A stretch of DNA of 60,259 bases from Micropruina sp. (GTDB taxonomy: Bacteria; Actinomycetota; Actinomycetes; Propionibacteriales; Propionibacteriaceae), in contig JBDHZN010000001.1 of NCBI GenBank assembly GCA_039811845.1, forward strand, positions 1-60,259. Direction: 5' to 3'. Made by a program: the position numbers and the translations under genes. The notes below the pieces were generated by a model. The model saw nothing but the letters and a program-made list of their open reading frames with translations. It did not search any database and was not told the DNA's origin. This document shows positions 58,215-60,259 of the stretch, one piece after another (within the stretch, counting starts at the first letter, position 1; every line of letters starts with the position of its first letter).

Positions 58215-60259
58215 ACGGTGCGAACGGAACCGGTCCCGGAGAGCCGAGCGAACTCGGCCCCGGGGCACCAAAGATGTCCGGCGGTGGGGGGCCGGCGCCG
58301 GACGGGGGGAAGGGACACGGTCGTCCGGCCGGGCCCGGTGATCAACAGCGCGGTGGGCCGGGGGGCCGCGGCGCAATCACCGGACGTCCGGTCGGACGCC
58401 GGCGCTCCCGGCTGCGCGACCTACCGCTGATCGGCTGGCTCGCGGCGGCCGTGGTGATCGCCGTCGCGCATCGTGGATTGCCGGACGCCAACTGGCTGAT
58501 GCTGCACCTGGTACTGCTCGGTGCACTCACCCACGCCATCGTGGTGTGGAGCTTCCACTTCGCCCAGACGCTGCTGCGGTCGCCGGCGTCCGAGACCGAA
58601 GCGGCCCGGCACAACCAGCGGCTCGGGCTGCTCACCCTCGGTGCGGCGGCGGTGCTGATCGGCGTGCCGACCACCTGGTGGCCGCTCACCCTTGTTGGCG
58701 GTCTTCTGGTCGCCATCGCGGTCGGCTGGCACGGACTGGTGCTGTGGGGCATGATGCGCCGGGCGCTGCCGGCCCGCTTCCGGGTGACCGTCCGCTACTA
58801 CCTGGGCGCAGCGGCGTCACTGCTTGTCGGCGTGACTTTCGGGGTGTTGCTGGCGCTGGGCTGGGAGGATCCCTGGCACGGCCGGCTGCTGGTCGCGCAC
58901 GCCCTGGCGAACGTGCTGGGCTGGGTCGGACTGACCCTGACCGGCACCCTGCTCACCCTGTGGCCGACCATGCTGCGCACACGGATGGACGACGTCGCCG
59001 AACGCTGGACGCAGCAGGCGCTGCCGCTGTTCGGCGCCGCCATCGCGGTCGCCGTCGGGGGTGCGCTGGCCGGGCTGAGCTGGCTTTCCGCCGCCGGCGT
59101 GGGTCTCTACCTGGTGGCGATCGGGCTGTGGGGACGCGGGTTGTGGCGTCCGGCCCGGACCCGGCCACCGCGCGAGTTCGCCTCCGCCTCGGTGGCTGTC
59201 GCACTGGTCTGGTTGGTGATCGGACTGGGCTGGGCCGGCTGGCTGCTGGCCACCGCGCCGGACTGGACGGCGGTGCGCGAGGGCTTCATCTGGCCGGCCG
59301 CGGTGCTGGGCGCCGGGTTCGCCGTTCAGGTGTTGTCGGGGGCACTGTCGTACCTGTTGCCGTCCGTGCTGGGTGGCGGTCCCAGCGTGGTGCGGGCCGG
59401 GCAGCAATGGTTCAACCGGGCCGGCTCCTTCCGGCTGATCGCCATCAACGGCGGTTTGCTGCTGTGGCTGCTGCCCAGCCCGAGCTGGGTGAAGGTGACC
59501 GGCTCTCTGCTCGCGCTCGGCGCGGCCGCCGCGTTCCTGCCACTGATGATCCTCGGGCTGAAGGCGAGTATCGCCGCCCGGCGCGAGCTGGCTGCGGCAG
59601 CGGCGTCCGGTGTCGAACGGACGCCCGGGATGGCTCCTGCGGAGTCTCCCTCTGGTGCGGCAGCTTCGGCAACTCGGCCGGGTGGCTTGACGGGCGCGCG
59701 GCGTCCGGAGCCGGAGCGACCCACCATCTTCACCGCCGGCCAACTGATCGCCGGTTTGACCGCGCTGGCTACGGCAGTTGTCGTCGGCGTGGGCGTCGAC
59801 CCGAGTGCGGCCGGTGCCGCGGGGCCCGCGCCGACGGCGTCCGTCGCGGTGCAGCCGACCGGCACGGTGGTGCGCATCGAGGTCGCCATGGGTGACATGA
59901 AGTTCACCCCGTCCAGCGTCACCGTGCAGGCCGGCGACCGGCTGGTGCTCGACCTGGTCAATGCCGACAGCACCACCCACGACGTGGTGATCGGCGACGC
60001 CCGCAGTTCGCGGATCGGCCCCGGCAAGCGCACCGAGTTGGACGCCGGCGTGATCGGCGCCAGTGTGCAGGGCTATTGCACGGTCGCCGGACACCGGCAG
60101 ATGGGCATGGTGTTCGACGTCATCGTCGAGGGTTCGGCGCCGGGCGCGCAGCCGTCGCCGTCCGTTCCGGGGCATCAGCATGGACAGGCGAGCCCCGCGC
60201 CCGAGGCGAGTCTGGCGTCCGATCAGGTGGTCGATCCGGTGCTGTCGCCGCTCACTGAT
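58211..60259 (+). CDS. Membrane protein fused to a cupredoxin domain (probable copper nitrite reductase/multicopper oxidase), 3'-truncated by the window
   Basis: Open frame from the ATGA overlap at 58211 to the window end (absent from the ORF track); many TM helices, then MKFTP..HD..GYCTVAGHRQMGM type-1 Cu site. Confidence 0.8.
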   Translation, partial: MNGANGTGPGEPSELGPGAPKMSGGGGPAPDGGKGHGRPAGPGDQQRGGPGGRGAITGRPVGRRRSRLRDLPLIGWLAAAVVIAVAHRGLPDANWLMLHLVLLGALTHAIVVWSFHFAQTLLRSPASETEAARHNQRLGLLTLGAAAVLIGVPTTWWPLTLVGGLLVAIAVGWHGLVLWGMMRRALPARFRVTVRYYLGAAASLLVGVTFGVLLALGWEDPWHGRLLVAHALANVLGWVGLTLTGTLLTLWPTMLRTRMDDVAERWTQQALPLFGAAIAVAVGGALAGLSWLSAAGVGLYLVAIGLWGRGLWRPARTRPPREFASASVAVALVWLVIGLGWAGWLLATAPDWTAVREGFIWPAAVLGAGFAVQVLSGALSYLLPSVLGGGPSVVRAGQQWFNRAGSFRLIAINGGLLLWLLPSPSWVKVTGSLLALGAAAAFLPLMILGLKASIAARRELAAAAASGVERTPGMAPAESPSGAAASATRPGGLTGARRPEPERPTIFTAGQLIAGLTALATAVVVGVGVDPSAAGAAGPAPTASVAVQPTGTVVRIEVAMGDMKFTPSSVTVQAGDRLVLDLVNADSTTHDVVIGDARSSRIGPGKRTELDAGVIGASVQGYCTVAGHRQMGMVFDVIVEGSAPGAQPSPSVPGHQHGQASPAPEASLASDQVVDPVLSPLTD

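Overview
High-GC actinobacterial chromosomal segment (gene content suggests Propionibacteriales; inference). Mostly housekeeping and accessory genes: a GH31 glycosidase, PIN-PhoH, scattered molybdenum-cofactor genes (moaA, moaD, moaE, mobA-like), an AAA+/VWA pair, a two-component system with a LanFEG-like ABC transporter, a GH1 phospho-glucosidase, argS, an ECF sigma/anti-sigma pair, deoC with two aldehyde dehydrogenases, ppgK, galE, tRNA-Gly(CCC), argE-MFS, sdaA and a partial membrane-anchored cupredoxin/NirK-like gene. The best candidate for an undescribed system is an 8.6-kb translationally coupled pair of giant uncharacterised genes (19858-28462). Also notable: a candidate 6C-like sRNA (about 19445-19590), a ~280-nt structured intergenic element (6571-6848), a tyrosinase/DUF2182-like operon, a small VDxxYGG-repeat peptide, and dense colonisation by several REP/MITE families, with REP units sitting in-frame inside three protein-coding genes. 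No CRISPR array, integrase or transposase gene was seen. Product calls come from motif recognition, not database searches.
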